Origin: an uncultured Candidatus Saccharibacteria bacterium
GTDB taxonomy: Bacteria > Patescibacteriota > Minisyncoccia > Phycocordibacterales > PALSA-1337
Direction of reading: 5' to 3'
NCBI GenBank assembly: GCA_964395365.1
Contig: CAYNAH010000004.1
Location: forward strand, 1 to 27,008
DNA length: 27,008 bases
In this document: piece by piece, positions 7,567-17,132 of the stretch
Numbering within the stretch: position 1 is the first letter of the stretch
Layout: each line of letters starts with the position of its first letter
Translations under genes and position numbers: made by a program
Notes under the pieces: generated by a model
What the model was told of the DNA's origin: nothing
Seen by the model: the letters and a program-made list of their open reading frames with translations, nothing else
Database searches by the model: none

Positions 7567-7696
7567 AAAAAGCATGACCGAGTGTGTATGGGAGGAGCGC
7601 AATCACTGTACTTACGGATTATTTCTTTACTTTATATACTTTATGTAGTATGGTTTTTTTAGAGTTTGAAACACTCTACCAACGAAAGGGAATCTA

Positions 7697-8197
7697 ATGA
7701 AGATGATACACGTGCTTTGCACCGGCGGAACTTTTGACAAGGCTTATGGAAGCGGTTCGGGAGTTAGAGATTTCTCATTTCCCGAGGAAACGGCTGTTCT
7801 CGGCATAGTAACTCGGCTAGGTATTCGTAATATCGAAGTGTCCTATAAATCAGAAACGGCGAAAGATAGTCTCGATATAACGGACGATGATCGCTCGGCG
7901 ATCGCAACGTGGTGTGCCCAAAGCCCCCACAAATCATGCGTTGTGATTCACGGTACCGATACCATGATTAAGACGGCATCTGTCATCGCTAGACGCTGTC
8001 CGAGTAAGGTCGTGGTACTTACTGGCTCTTTACAACCAGCTCGCATGCGTGATACTGACGCTGAATTCAATTTTGGTGGCGCGCTCATCGCTGCACAGAT
8101 TAGCCTGCCGGGCGTTTATATCGTCATGAGCGGCACCATCTACAAGTGGGACAAGTGCAAGAAGAATCTGATAACAGGACAATTCGAGCCGATCTGA
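7697..8197 (+). CDS. Short asparaginase-domain protein (N-terminal domain only)
   Basis: TGGTFDK, DSLDITDDDR, HGTDTM, VVLTGSLQPA, DAEFNFGGA. SD-like GAAAGGG upstream. Confidence 0.88.
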   Translation: MKMIHVLCTGGTFDKAYGSGSGVRDFSFPEETAVLGIVTRLGIRNIEVSYKSETAKDSLDITDDDRSAIATWCAQSPHKSCVVIHGTDTMIKTASVIARRCPSKVVVLTGSLQPARMRDTDAEFNFGGALIAAQISLPGVYIVMSGTIYKWDKCKKNLITGQFEPI

Positions 8198-8214
8198 ACT
8201 CTTCTGTGAAGCAC

Positions 8215-8252
8215 AGACCGTACATTGCGAGAATAGCGTGTACGGTCTTTTT
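8215..8252 (+). terminator. Rho-independent terminator
   Basis: AGACCGTACA...TGTACGGTCT 10-bp stem followed by a T run, just after the asparaginase stop. Confidence 0.8.
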
Positions 8253-8335
8253 GATACAAACCAACAGCAGGCAGAAAATTAGGTGATATAGAAAAAGAGT
8301 GGTAGAATCTTGGCCATATAATTAATCAAACAAAA

Positions 8336-9472
8336 ATGAACCAACAAAGCGCGTTACAGCAGCAATTCCCCTTAAGTACAAGAAAGATATGGAAGAAGTT
8401 AATTGAGAGACTGGCTGCACTATATGTTCTTGCACTATTAATCGCAGTTGTGGACATAATCATTATGTATGTAGCGCGTGGCTCTATAGATTCTCTGATC
8501 ACCTCAATACTCTGGGGTGTAATATTGGGTGGTATGGTATTACTAGCCGTAATTACTTTAATTTATGCCTGGTATCTCAGGGTATATATCAGACGCTATT
8601 ATTACGATGGTGAAGAGCACTTTATTACAATCAAGAAAGGAGTTTTTGCTCCAACTGAAATACATGTACAGTGGTTAAAGATACAAGATGTATATGTTGA
8701 TCAAGATATTCTAGACAGAATCCTTGGTATATATGACGTTCATATTGCAAGTGCCACTGCTTCATCTGGTATCGAGGCTCATATTGATGGAGTTGACCAC
8801 GCTGCCGCAGAAGGACTAAAGAAGTTTTTATTAAACAAGGTTTCAGGTTCTGGAAAGAATAGTTCACATACCAGTGATAACGTTCAGACATTAAACCAGA
8901 CAGAAGCGCCCAAGGTAAAGACAATTAATCTAAGTGAGGATATATCTAGTGATAAGTATCCTTTGCTCGATAAGTGGTTCTACATATCAATGGTACTAAG
9001 GGTACTCGGTTCTATTTTCGGCCCATTAGTAATAGTTCTATGGATATTTGGTGGAATGTCTGATTCTTCTACTTTCCAAACTAACTTACTAATATGGATT
9101 GTAATGTGTGTTGTTTCTTTGGTATACAATATCATCTCTCTTTTCCTGTGGAGAAAGAACTATGCTTTTAAATTTAATACAGATAATATCTATTATCGTA
9201 CTGGCGTGATAAGTATTTCAGAAAAACATATGCCTTACTCATCTATACAAGATGTGACAATAAACCAGGGAATGGTGGACAGACTATTTGGAATAGCAAG
9301 TGTTGTGATTGAAAACGCTGCTCAACAAACATTTACTTCAAAAAATGGTAAGCAAGTATCTGTATTTAATGGTGTTTCCATTGAAGGTATCTCATTAGAT
9401 GATGCAAAGAAAATCACAGACATGCTAAAGACAACAGTTCTTGGTGTGAATACTAGTAAGCACGGACTATAA
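8336..9472 (+). CDS. YdbT-like membrane protein with two bacterial PH (bPH_2) domains
   Basis: Two repeats of [2 TM + PH domain]: IKKGVF...KIQDVYVDQDILDRILGI and YRTGVI...SIQDVTINQGMVDRLFGI. Confidence 0.85.
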   Translation: MNQQSALQQQFPLSTRKIWKKLIERLAALYVLALLIAVVDIIIMYVARGSIDSLITSILWGVILGGMVLLAVITLIYAWYLRVYIRRYYYDGEEHFITIKKGVFAPTEIHVQWLKIQDVYVDQDILDRILGIYDVHIASATASSGIEAHIDGVDHAAAEGLKKFLLNKVSGSGKNSSHTSDNVQTLNQTEAPKVKTINLSEDISSDKYPLLDKWFYISMVLRVLGSIFGPLVIVLWIFGGMSDSSTFQTNLLIWIVMCVVSLVYNIISLFLWRKNYAFKFNTDNIYYRTGVISISEKHMPYSSIQDVTINQGMVDRLFGIASVVIENAAQQTFTSKNGKQVSVFNGVSIEGISLDDAKKITDMLKTTVLGVNTSKHGL

Positions 9473-9510
9473 AATCGACATCAATCCCTGGAGTTGGAAC
9501 AAAGAAATAG

Positions 9511-10182
9511 CTATTTCCAATCTATCTCCTCAATCCCATGTTTTTTAAGATATACATTTGTCTTACTAAACGGTTTTGAACCAAAGAATCCATTGTGTGC
9601 TGAGAATGGAGAGGGATGTGGAGATTCAATAACTAAATGCTTTTTTCTGTCTATGACCACCCCCTTGTTTCTTGCATAGTTTCCCCAAAGTATAAAAACT
9701 AAATTCTGTCTTTTCTCTGACAGTGCTTTAATAACTGCATCAGTGAAAAGCTCCCAACCTTTACCTTGATGAGAACCAGGAGAACCCATTTTAACTGTAA
9801 GGGTGGCGTTTAGAAGAAGTACCCCTTGTTCTGCCCAACGCGTTAAATCACCATCTTCTTTGGGTAATATTCCTGTATCACCTTCAATTTCTTTGAATAT
9901 ATTTTTAAGAGAAGGAGGAAGAGTTACTCCTGTATTTACAGCAAATGAAAGACCATTTGCTTGTCCTTGACCATGATATGGATCTTGTCCAAGAATCACC
10001 ACTTTAACCATATCAAAAGGGCATAAATCAAAAGCCCTAAACATATCCTTTGGTGGAGGAAATATCTTGGATTTAGTATATTCTGATCTAACAAAAGAAG
10101 ATAATTCTTTGAAATATGTCTTTTCAAATTCATCTTTCAATACTTCCTTCCATGATTTTTCTAGACGAATCTGTGTAGTCAT
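9511..10182 (-). CDS. ung: Uracil-DNA glycosylase, family 1
   Basis: VKVVILGQDPYHG, GLSFAV, PPSLKNIFKE, WAEQGVLLLN, HPSPFSA. Confidence 0.97.
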   Translation of the reverse strand: MTTQIRLEKSWKEVLKDEFEKTYFKELSSFVRSEYTKSKIFPPPKDMFRAFDLCPFDMVKVVILGQDPYHGQGQANGLSFAVNTGVTLPPSLKNIFKEIEGDTGILPKEDGDLTRWAEQGVLLLNATLTVKMGSPGSHQGKGWELFTDAVIKALSEKRQNLVFILWGNYARNKGVVIDRKKHLVIESPHPSPFSAHNGFFGSKPFSKTNVYLKKHGIEEIDWK

Positions 10183-11289
10183 TTATATCTTAATTCCTCG
10201 TTCAGGATCAATGATTTCTTTTGGATCAAAGTATTCTTCCAGATGTTCTGGTGTTTGAATTAGTCGTATACCATCTATATTTGCTCTATCCATCATTACA
10301 TAGTTAGGGAAGTATTTGAGGTACAAGTCCATACCTACACCGAAGAGGATTTTAAAGCCTTTTGAGAGAATATAGTCTCTTCTAGAATCACCAGGCTTAA
10401 ATGTCTGACCAAACGGTCCAATGAATATATCAGTATCACCGACTAATGGTCTTACCTCAGCGTCCCATCTATCAGTGTCATAAATAACAAGTCCAAGAGT
10501 GGCAGTATCATTTCTAAATGACATATCGTGTGAATAGCTATGGCTTGCAAACTGCCATCCAGTTTCTTTTAGTTTTTTAACTACCTCTTTTGCCTTAGCG
10601 ACATCATCTGTGTATGTAGGAGAATCTTTCTTGTTTGTTCTGTATCCCAATATACCTTCATATCCAGTGAGTGCAATGATTCCCTTTGCACCATTAAATG
10701 AGAAATCTGGGTGTGAGGCTATGAAGTCATCAAGTATGGGTACTACATCTCCATCTCTTGTTACAATGGTTTGACCTTCTGGAGTTGTAATTTCTGTTGC
10801 CACCTTTCCATTGCTATCTATCACCAATCTATTAGCAAAACCATGACCATCTTGATCACTGTAATAGCTTAAATCATCAAGTGAGAGTATTAGCGGTCTC
10901 TTACCCTTTGGAATTATTAAATCTCTTTTTAATATCGTTCCATCTGTACTCGTTGAATACATAAGGTGTGTATCTATTAACACAAAGTTATCCTTATAAA
11001 GTATTGGTAGTATCTTATTAAATTCACTTCTTGTAATCATATAGTCCTGATATCCTTGAGCATGCGGAGTACCATCAAATGCAAGTTTTGGGTATACGAT
11101 GAGACTGTGGAAGAAGATATGGTAGATCTTTCCAGTGTACAGCTCAGTTTCAACTGGTGGAGGAGGTGGTAAATCCTTTTCAACCTTTCTATGTTTTATA
11201 TATCCAGAAACATATGTAATTAAAAGGAATATAATCGCAACACCTAAAAGTGCTATAAGTGATCGTATATTCGGATGCCAGTCTTTCAT
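10183..11289 (-). CDS. Membrane-anchored polysaccharide deacetylase (CE4/NodB-like)
   Basis: N-terminal TM and poly-Pro linker, HIFFHSLI, ILSLDD, FASHSYSH. TAATG coupling to the upstream oxidase. Confidence 0.8.
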   Translation of the reverse strand: MKDWHPNIRSLIALLGVAIIFLLITYVSGYIKHRKVEKDLPPPPPVETELYTGKIYHIFFHSLIVYPKLAFDGTPHAQGYQDYMITRSEFNKILPILYKDNFVLIDTHLMYSTSTDGTILKRDLIIPKGKRPLILSLDDLSYYSDQDGHGFANRLVIDSNGKVATEITTPEGQTIVTRDGDVVPILDDFIASHPDFSFNGAKGIIALTGYEGILGYRTNKKDSPTYTDDVAKAKEVVKKLKETGWQFASHSYSHDMSFRNDTATLGLVIYDTDRWDAEVRPLVGDTDIFIGPFGQTFKPGDSRRDYILSKGFKILFGVGMDLYLKYFPNYVMMDRANIDGIRLIQTPEHLEEYFDPKEIIDPERGIKI

Positions 11290-12938
11290 TATTTTGTATT
11301 TTTAATTGCTTTTCTAATATCTTCAAATGTACCAAAAACCTTTTTCCCAGGATTCATAATATTCAAAGGATCAAATATATTTTTTGTTTCTTCAAATAAT
11401 TTTACTATCTCCTCACCAAACTGTTGTTTAAGATATGGAGTTCTAATGATTCCATCATTGTGCTCAGCAGTAATTGAACCATGATATTCCTTTACCAGTG
11501 AATATATCTTCTCTGAAAGCTCCAATATAATATCTGAAGAGAAGGGAGAATTCAAATCCATGAGTGGAATGATATGGAAGTTACCATTTCCTAGATGACC
11601 TTGTACAGTGTAATCGAGTTTATATGCATCAAGGAGAGCTTTTACTTTTGGTAGGAATGCAGGTAAGTATTCTGGCTTTACGATAATATCATCGATAAAT
11701 GGGGCAGTCCTCTTTCCTTTAGTATGCTTTCTTAAAAGATTAAAGCTTTCATGTCTAATTCTCCAATACTTATCAGCTTCAGCACTCGAGTGAGCTATAT
11801 GCATATGGAAACCAAAATGTTTTATTTTGTCTCTAACCTGAACAAGATGCTCTTTAATTCCTTCCTCTGTTTGACCAGCAAACTCAATCATTAAAATTAA
11901 TTTAGGTATACCACCTAGGGTAATCATCCATGTTTCTGGAATGAATTGTAGACCTAAGCGTATAGCGCCCCAGAAACCTAACTGTTTAAAGAAGTCAAAG
12001 AAGAATCTAACTGCAAGAAACATACTCTTGTCGTCGTATGTCTCTAGACTATCTGGTTTAAAGGGAAGTATTTCTGTAATCAATTTACTCACATCATTTA
12101 GTGATGGGAGGAATACAACAAGAATATTTGAATATTTCTCAAAAGGAACTAGTCTAAAGTTAATTTCACTAACTATACCAAGGCTACCTTGAGAACCAAC
12201 AATTAATTTACAAAGATCGAAATTACCTGTATTCCTATCAAATACATTCCAGAGATAGTACCCAGCTGAGTTTTTGGATACATCAGGTTTCGCTGATACT
12301 ATTTTTTCATAATTATTATTAATTAAATTGTATATTTTTTTGTATAGCTCACCCTCAAAATCATTTTGTTTAATTTTCCCTTCAATACCAGCTCTATTAA
12401 GTGGTTTTATTTCATATTCATGTCCATCAGAGAGAATGACCTTAAGAGAATTGATATAGTTTTCAGTCTTGCCATATTTAATTGCCTTCTCACCTCCACT
12501 ATTGTTTCCAACCATTCCACCAAGTGCATTAATCTCTCTTGAAGCTGTAAAAGCTGGCATGTATGATCCAACTTTCTTTGTTTCTTTATCGAAGTCTCTA
12601 TAGAAACAACCAGGCATAGCGATTGCATGATCTGGAGATACTTCTATAATCTTACTCATATATTTAGTGAAGTCGATTATGATGGAGCTGCCTATAGCAC
12701 CACCTGACATATCTGTTCCAGCAGAACGTGCAGTGATTGAAAGAGTCGAATCTTTCACCTTATTCTCATTTACCCATTTCACTAGACACTTTATATCCTC
12801 ACTATCCTTTGGAAATGCAACCATACGAGGTCGTATTTCAAAAAGACTGGCATCATGAGAATATTTCTTTAATATTTCATCACTAGTATCAATATCTCCC
12901 TTAAAGAGAGGTTTTAGGGAATTAAAGATGTCATTCAT
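11289..12938 (-). CDS. FAD-linked oxidase (GlcD / D-lactate dehydrogenase family)
   Basis: YSHDASLF, RSAGTDMSG, LGGMVGNNSGG, GSQGSLGIV, GHLGNGNFH, ITAEHNDG, FDPLNIMNPGK. No C-terminal Fe-S domain. Confidence 0.9.
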   Translation of the reverse strand: MNDIFNSLKPLFKGDIDTSDEILKKYSHDASLFEIRPRMVAFPKDSEDIKCLVKWVNENKVKDSTLSITARSAGTDMSGGAIGSSIIIDFTKYMSKIIEVSPDHAIAMPGCFYRDFDKETKKVGSYMPAFTASREINALGGMVGNNSGGEKAIKYGKTENYINSLKVILSDGHEYEIKPLNRAGIEGKIKQNDFEGELYKKIYNLINNNYEKIVSAKPDVSKNSAGYYLWNVFDRNTGNFDLCKLIVGSQGSLGIVSEINFRLVPFEKYSNILVVFLPSLNDVSKLITEILPFKPDSLETYDDKSMFLAVRFFFDFFKQLGFWGAIRLGLQFIPETWMITLGGIPKLILMIEFAGQTEEGIKEHLVQVRDKIKHFGFHMHIAHSSAEADKYWRIRHESFNLLRKHTKGKRTAPFIDDIIVKPEYLPAFLPKVKALLDAYKLDYTVQGHLGNGNFHIIPLMDLNSPFSSDIILELSEKIYSLVKEYHGSITAEHNDGIIRTPYLKQQFGEEIVKLFEETKNIFDPLNIMNPGKKVFGTFEDIRKAIKNTK

Positions 12939-12944
12939 AGCGAG

Positions 12945-12953
12945 ATTATATCA
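12945..12953 (-). promoter_or_regulatory. Extended -10 promoter for a leaderless oxidase transcript
   Basis: Reverse strand reads TG-A-TATAAT-N6-ATG. Confidence 0.65.
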
Positions 12954-12957
12954 ATAT

Positions 12958-12986
12958 TTGTAAAATCATCATAATTTCCGTATAGT
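12958..12986 (+). promoter_or_regulatory. Sigma70-like promoter of tRNA-Ser(ACT)
   Basis: TTGTAA-N17-TATAGT, ending 9 nt before the tRNA. Confidence 0.6.
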
Positions 12987-12995
12987 ATACGTTGA

Positions 12996-13085
12996 GGAAA
13001 GATGGGTGAGCGGCTTAAACCAGCGGTTTACTAAACCGCCGTTCCTTTATTGGAACCGCGAGTTCGAATCTCGCTCTTTCCGCCA
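12996..13085 (+). tRNA. tRNA-Ser with anticodon ACT
   Basis: Acceptor GGAAAGA/TCTTTCC, G73 and encoded CCA, D arm GGTGAGCGGCTTAAACC, anticodon arm GCGGT-TTACTAA-ACCGC, variable arm GTTCC-TTTATT-GGAAC, T arm GCGAG-TTCGAAT-CTCGC. Confidence 0.93.
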
Positions 13086-13110
13086 CTGTAAGATGTTTTA
13101 TAGTTAAACT

Positions 13111-13407
13111 ATGTTGGAATTTATTACATACCTTATCAAAGAATATACTCTAGTCTGTATCATACTAGTTTGTCTTATTCTTTTCTTGATTTTTTCTTTA
13201 CGTAAAAAGGAGGTTGATACACAATCAGTAGCAAACAAATATTTACTCCCGATTTGCTCCATTCTTCTTGTTCTTGGCGTCTTAATTTCTGTATGGATAA
13301 TTCCACTTAATCCTAATCCTGGTATTTGGCCAGTAGTTGGTATCTGTCTAATAGCTGGAGGAGTCTTCGGTGTAATAAGTTCCGTTATTCAAAAAACAAA
13401 GAAATAG
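13111..13407 (+). CDS. Small hypothetical membrane protein (about 3 TM)
   Basis: Hydrophobic ORF with TATAGT-N6-ATG. Confidence 0.65.
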   Translation: MLEFITYLIKEYTLVCIILVCLILFLIFSLRKKEVDTQSVANKYLLPICSILLVLGVLISVWIIPLNPNPGIWPVVGICLIAGGVFGVISSVIQKTKK

Positions 13408-13456
13408 GCATTTTAATGCGTACCATTATCAGCCATTTTTGTGTATTATATATAGT

Positions 13457-13744
13457 ATGTTGAATTCATTCATAGCTAATGTCGCAGATACATCACTACC
13501 AAATGGAATGTGGACCATATTTATTTTTGTAATACTAGCCCTACTCTTCTTTGTATTAATTATAGGTCTCTTAATTCTTAAAGGATATTCACTCTGGACA
13601 GCAGCTAGAAGAGGAGATTCAGGATGGTTTGTTGCCTTACTCATAGTTAATACCGTTGGTATCCTGGAATTATGTTATCTGTACTTCGTAGTTGGTAAAT
13701 GGAAAAAACCTAATGTGCCACCGTCAGCGCCTTCACAACAGTAA
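13457..13744 (+). CDS. DUF5652-like small membrane protein
   Basis: LKGYSLWTAARRGDSGWFVALLIVNTVGILELCYLYF matches the family pattern as I recall it. ATG at 13457 chosen. Confidence 0.7.
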   Translation: MLNSFIANVADTSLPNGMWTIFIFVILALLFFVLIIGLLILKGYSLWTAARRGDSGWFVALLIVNTVGILELCYLYFVVGKWKKPNVPPSAPSQQ

Positions 13745-14324
13745 AGTTGGATTTTACTAATACTTCATAAGCTTCTTTAAGAGTACTACCTGTAGTTGTA
13801 ACATCATCAATTATTATAATTTTCTGATTAGTTAGTGGACCCTTATTTACTTCAAACACATTCTTTGTGTTTTTAATTCTATCAACTCTACTCTTCATTG
13901 TTTGTTTATCAATATGTTTGGATCTAACTAGAAGGGAAAAGTCTTTTGAAAATCTTTTATCCTTATCAAGTCTCAACACTGCATCAATCAATATTTCACA
14001 TTGGTTATACCCCCTCTCCTTCCTTCTACTGCTTGAAATGGGTATTGGTATTAGGGTAATTGAATTACCATATCTAATTAATTCCATGTATAGGGCATAT
14101 GCTGCACATTCAATGGCATGTCTATTCTTCTTGTATTTTATCTGCCAAATCATCTCCCTAACTACCGGATCCTTATATGAGAATATAGAAGTTATATATG
14201 AGAACTCTGATTTAACTGCTCTGTTAGCTGTTTCAAACAGTTTAATAGGGGATACAGATCTGAGTTTGAGCTCAATTTGTGATGGAGGGAATATGAAATC
14301 GGCCAGATACTCAATTATTTTCAT
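13710..14324 (-). CDS. comF: ComF family phosphoribosyltransferase-like competence protein
   Basis: FSYKDPVVREMIWQIKY, LIPIPISSSRRKERGYNQ, IIIIDDVTTTGSTL. Start placed at MKIIEYLADFIFP. Confidence 0.9.
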   Translation of the reverse strand: MKIIEYLADFIFPPSQIELKLRSVSPIKLFETANRAVKSEFSYITSIFSYKDPVVREMIWQIKYKKNRHAIECAAYALYMELIRYGNSITLIPIPISSSRRKERGYNQCEILIDAVLRLDKDKRFSKDFSLLVRSKHIDKQTMKSRVDRIKNTKNVFEVNKGPLTNQKIIIIDDVTTTGSTLKEAYEVLVKSNFTVVKALTVAH

Positions 14325-14357
14325 AGTATTATATTCTACACTATACACTAAAGCATG

Positions 14358-14366
14358 TGATATAAT
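14358..14366 (+). promoter_or_regulatory. Extended -10 promoter of the pil operon (leaderless pilM)
   Basis: TG-A-TATAAT-N6-ATG. Confidence 0.65.
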
Positions 14367-14372
14367 GTAAAA

Positions 14373-15533
14373 ATGGATTTTCTTAATAAAATATTCTCAT
14401 CAATATTCTCAAGCAAAGGACAAAGTGTCTTAGGTATTGATATTGGTTCTTCAGCTATTAAAATAGTTCAGATCAAGAAGAAAAGAGGAAGAGCGGTACT
14501 TGAGACGTATGGTGAACTTGCTCTAGGTCCGTATGCTGGAGTTGAGGTTGGAAGATCAACTGGACTACCAAAAGAAAAGATTATCGATGCTTTAAAGGAT
14601 ATTTTAAGAGAAGCAAAAACAACTACTCTATCTTGCGGTGTTGCATTACCACTTTCTTCTAGTCTTATTACTTTTATAACCATACCTCAAGTTCCTGAAA
14701 AGCAATTACAAGAAGTGGTTTCATTGGAGGCAAGAAAATATATACCTGTACCTATGAGTGAGGTTATGTTTGATTATTCAGTAATACCTCGTGAAGATAG
14801 TTTTTCATCTGATCCACAAGATGTTGAAGGTGTGAAGGCGGATGAAAAGGTTCCAGGAAAAGAAGCTGCACCGGTTGCAAAACAGCAATCACAAGATGTA
14901 TTAGTTGTTGCTATACACAATGAATACATTAATAATTATCAGGCAATATCTGCTAGCTTAAACCTCCAACCATCTTTTTATGAGATAGAAATATTTAGTT
15001 CTATAAGAGCAGTGGTAGAACAAGGCATTCAAGCTGTTATGGTTATAGATATGGGTGCTCAATCAACAAAGCTATATATTATCGAAAGAGGACTATTACG
15101 AGCATCTCATATCATTAATCGTGGATCGCAGGATATAACATTAGCAATATCTAAATCTCTGAGTCTAACTGTGAATGAAGCAGAAAATATGAAGAGATCC
15201 TATGGGCTCAAGGGTGGTCCAGAGTATAAAGAGCTAACTGAGGTTATAACTGTCAATCTAGACTATATATTCTATGAAGCTAATGCGGCACTTCTAAACT
15301 ATCAGAAGAAATATATGAAAAACATTAGTAAGGTAATCCTAACTGGAGGAGGAGTGCTCTTAAAGGGCTTCACTGATTTAGCAAAAGTGAGCTTCCAAAC
15401 TGAAGTTGTCTACGCTAATCCATTCTCTAAACTAGAAACTCCAGCATTCCTTAATGAACAATTCCAAACAGCAGGTCCAGAGTTTGCTGTAGCTATCGGC
15501 TGTGCATTACGTAGATTGTCTGAATTGGAATAA
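14373..15533 (+). CDS. pilM: Type IV pilus assembly protein PilM
   Basis: Actin-like motifs LGIDIGSSAIK, VIDMGAQST, VILTGGG, NPFSKL, FAVAIGCALR. Confidence 0.92.
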   Translation: MDFLNKIFSSIFSSKGQSVLGIDIGSSAIKIVQIKKKRGRAVLETYGELALGPYAGVEVGRSTGLPKEKIIDALKDILREAKTTTLSCGVALPLSSSLITFITIPQVPEKQLQEVVSLEARKYIPVPMSEVMFDYSVIPREDSFSSDPQDVEGVKADEKVPGKEAAPVAKQQSQDVLVVAIHNEYINNYQAISASLNLQPSFYEIEIFSSIRAVVEQGIQAVMVIDMGAQSTKLYIIERGLLRASHIINRGSQDITLAISKSLSLTVNEAENMKRSYGLKGGPEYKELTEVITVNLDYIFYEANAALLNYQKKYMKNISKVILTGGGVLLKGFTDLAKVSFQTEVVYANPFSKLETPAFLNEQFQTAGPEFAVAIGCALRRLSELE

Positions 15534-15551
15534 TCAACTATAATTATATTG

Positions 15552-16187
15552 ATGGATACTAAATTTCAAACATCGTTCATTCCCAAAAAACCAATTCTCA
15601 TGGATCAGAAGGTTACAAAACACTCTGGCGGTGGAAGTGTGTTTATGTTTATCTCCGTAATCCTTTTTCTAGCATCAGTTGCTGGTGCAGGATTTACTTT
15701 TGTTTGGAAAGACATACTATTAAAACAACAAGAAAATTACAAAGTAGAATTAAAAAAAGCCGAAGCACGTTTTGATGTTGAACTGATTTCAAAATTAAAA
15801 AAGGTAAATACAAAGCTTGATTTAGGTAGCAAGTTGTTGAAGAAGCACCTAGCAATATCAGAAATTTTTGCAATCCTAAACTCGCTGACTACAGAGGGTA
15901 TACGTTTTACTAGCTTCGAATTTACTGCTCCTGAGTCAGAGAAAGACCTATTAAAGATATCCCTTAAGGGAGTGGGTAATAGCTTCAGTGCTATCGCATG
16001 GCAATCTGATGTATTTGGACAATCAACTAAGTTTGGAAAGAACAAGGTGGTTAAGAATCCAATTCTAACCGATCTAGTACTTGATGATAAGGGTAATGTT
16101 GCTTTCACATTCACAGCGAGCCTCGATCCATCAGATGTATCATATGAAAAAGTTTTAACAGAGGATACTAGTACTTCAAAACCATAA
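15552..16187 (+). CDS. PilN-like pilus assembly protein
   Basis: Follows pilM. Has an N-terminal TM, a coiled coil and a ferredoxin-like segment (EGIRFTSFEF...ISLKGVGNSF). Confidence 0.7.
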   Translation: MDTKFQTSFIPKKPILMDQKVTKHSGGGSVFMFISVILFLASVAGAGFTFVWKDILLKQQENYKVELKKAEARFDVELISKLKKVNTKLDLGSKLLKKHLAISEIFAILNSLTTEGIRFTSFEFTAPESEKDLLKISLKGVGNSFSAIAWQSDVFGQSTKFGKNKVVKNPILTDLVLDDKGNVAFTFTASLDPSDVSYEKVLTEDTSTSKP

Positions 16188-16191
16188 TTTT

Positions 16192-16758
16192 ATGAATAAA
16201 AACGTAACACCTCTCATACTAATAGTGCTAGCAATTGGAATATACTTCACCTTTACGCGTACAAAGATGGAGGAATTAGATTCTGTAAAAGTTGTAAATG
16301 CTCAGTACCAGCAAGCTCTTGATAATTCAGAGAAACTAATCAAGGTTAGAGACTCAGTTCTTGCTACGTATAACAAAATAAGTCCAGATGATCAGGATAG
16401 ACTGGAAAGAATATTACCTGACAATGTAGACAATGTTCGTTTAATTATTGATGTTAACGGTGTTGCATCAAGACATGGTTTAGCTATAAAAAATGTTAAG
16501 ACAATAACAACTAAGGATGCAGTAGAACCACTTAAAACTGCAAATCAAGCTGTGGCTGGATTGAGTACTGCAAATACTTACAATACAGTAACCCTATCTT
16601 TTGATATTAATAGTAATTATCAGAATTTTATTAACTTCCTTCAGGACCTGGAGGCAAGTTTACGTGTAATTGAAATATCAAAGATTACCTTGAAGGCAAG
16701 TGATACAGGAAATTATGATTACAATGTTGAGATTAAAACATTCTGGTTAAAACAATAA
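16192..16758 (+). CDS. pilO: PilO-like pilus assembly protein
   Basis: TM, coiled coil, ILPDNVD, YQNFINFLQDLEASLRVIEI. Operon position fits. Confidence 0.78.
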   Translation: MNKNVTPLILIVLAIGIYFTFTRTKMEELDSVKVVNAQYQQALDNSEKLIKVRDSVLATYNKISPDDQDRLERILPDNVDNVRLIIDVNGVASRHGLAIKNVKTITTKDAVEPLKTANQAVAGLSTANTYNTVTLSFDINSNYQNFINFLQDLEASLRVIEISKITLKASDTGNYDYNVEIKTFWLKQ

Positions 16759-16762
16759 TATT

Positions 16763-17122
16763 ATGCAACAAAAATCACCATCAAAAGGTACATTCATAGC
16801 TCTCATCGTTATAGCCATGGTAACACTAGGTCTCTATTTCTATTACAAAGGCACACCATCAGATAGTACATCTTCACTCAGTGTTATTGGCTCACCAGAA
16901 TCTGCAGATGCACAACTTGCTGCTGATAGGGTCTTGGTCCTTTTGAATACAATTTCATCTCTAAAGATAGACGATTCATTGTTTAAATCTGCTGTATATA
17001 ATTCTTTACGTGACTATACAATCACAATACCAGAACAAGGTGTGGGTAGACCAAATCCATTTGCACCAATCGGTGGGGCTGTACCATCGCCAATTAAATT
17101 ACCAGCAGGTACTGGACGTTAA
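16763..17122 (+). CDS. Membrane-anchored pil-operon protein (PilP position; GRPNPFAP motif)
   Basis: N-terminal TM and a GRPNPF motif reminiscent of PilP RDPF. Lies between pilO and pilB. Confidence 0.65.
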   Translation: MQQKSPSKGTFIALIVIAMVTLGLYFYYKGTPSDSTSSLSVIGSPESADAQLAADRVLVLLNTISSLKIDDSLFKSAVYNSLRDYTITIPEQGVGRPNPFAPIGGAVPSPIKLPAGTGR

Positions 17123-17132
17123 TGATTAATAT

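Noticed and set aside
7639-7649. Possible inverted third copy of the cassette repeat (ACTACATAAAG, 9 of 11)
   Set aside because: The second arm does not match convincingly and the region is very AT-rich.
7661-7681. T-arm-like hairpin AGAGT-TTGAAAC-ACTCT followed by ACCA
   Set aside because: No acceptor strand or other tRNA arms; a 5-6 bp stem is easily chance.
13867-14370. 167-aa plus-strand ORF
   Set aside because: Antisense shadow of comF.
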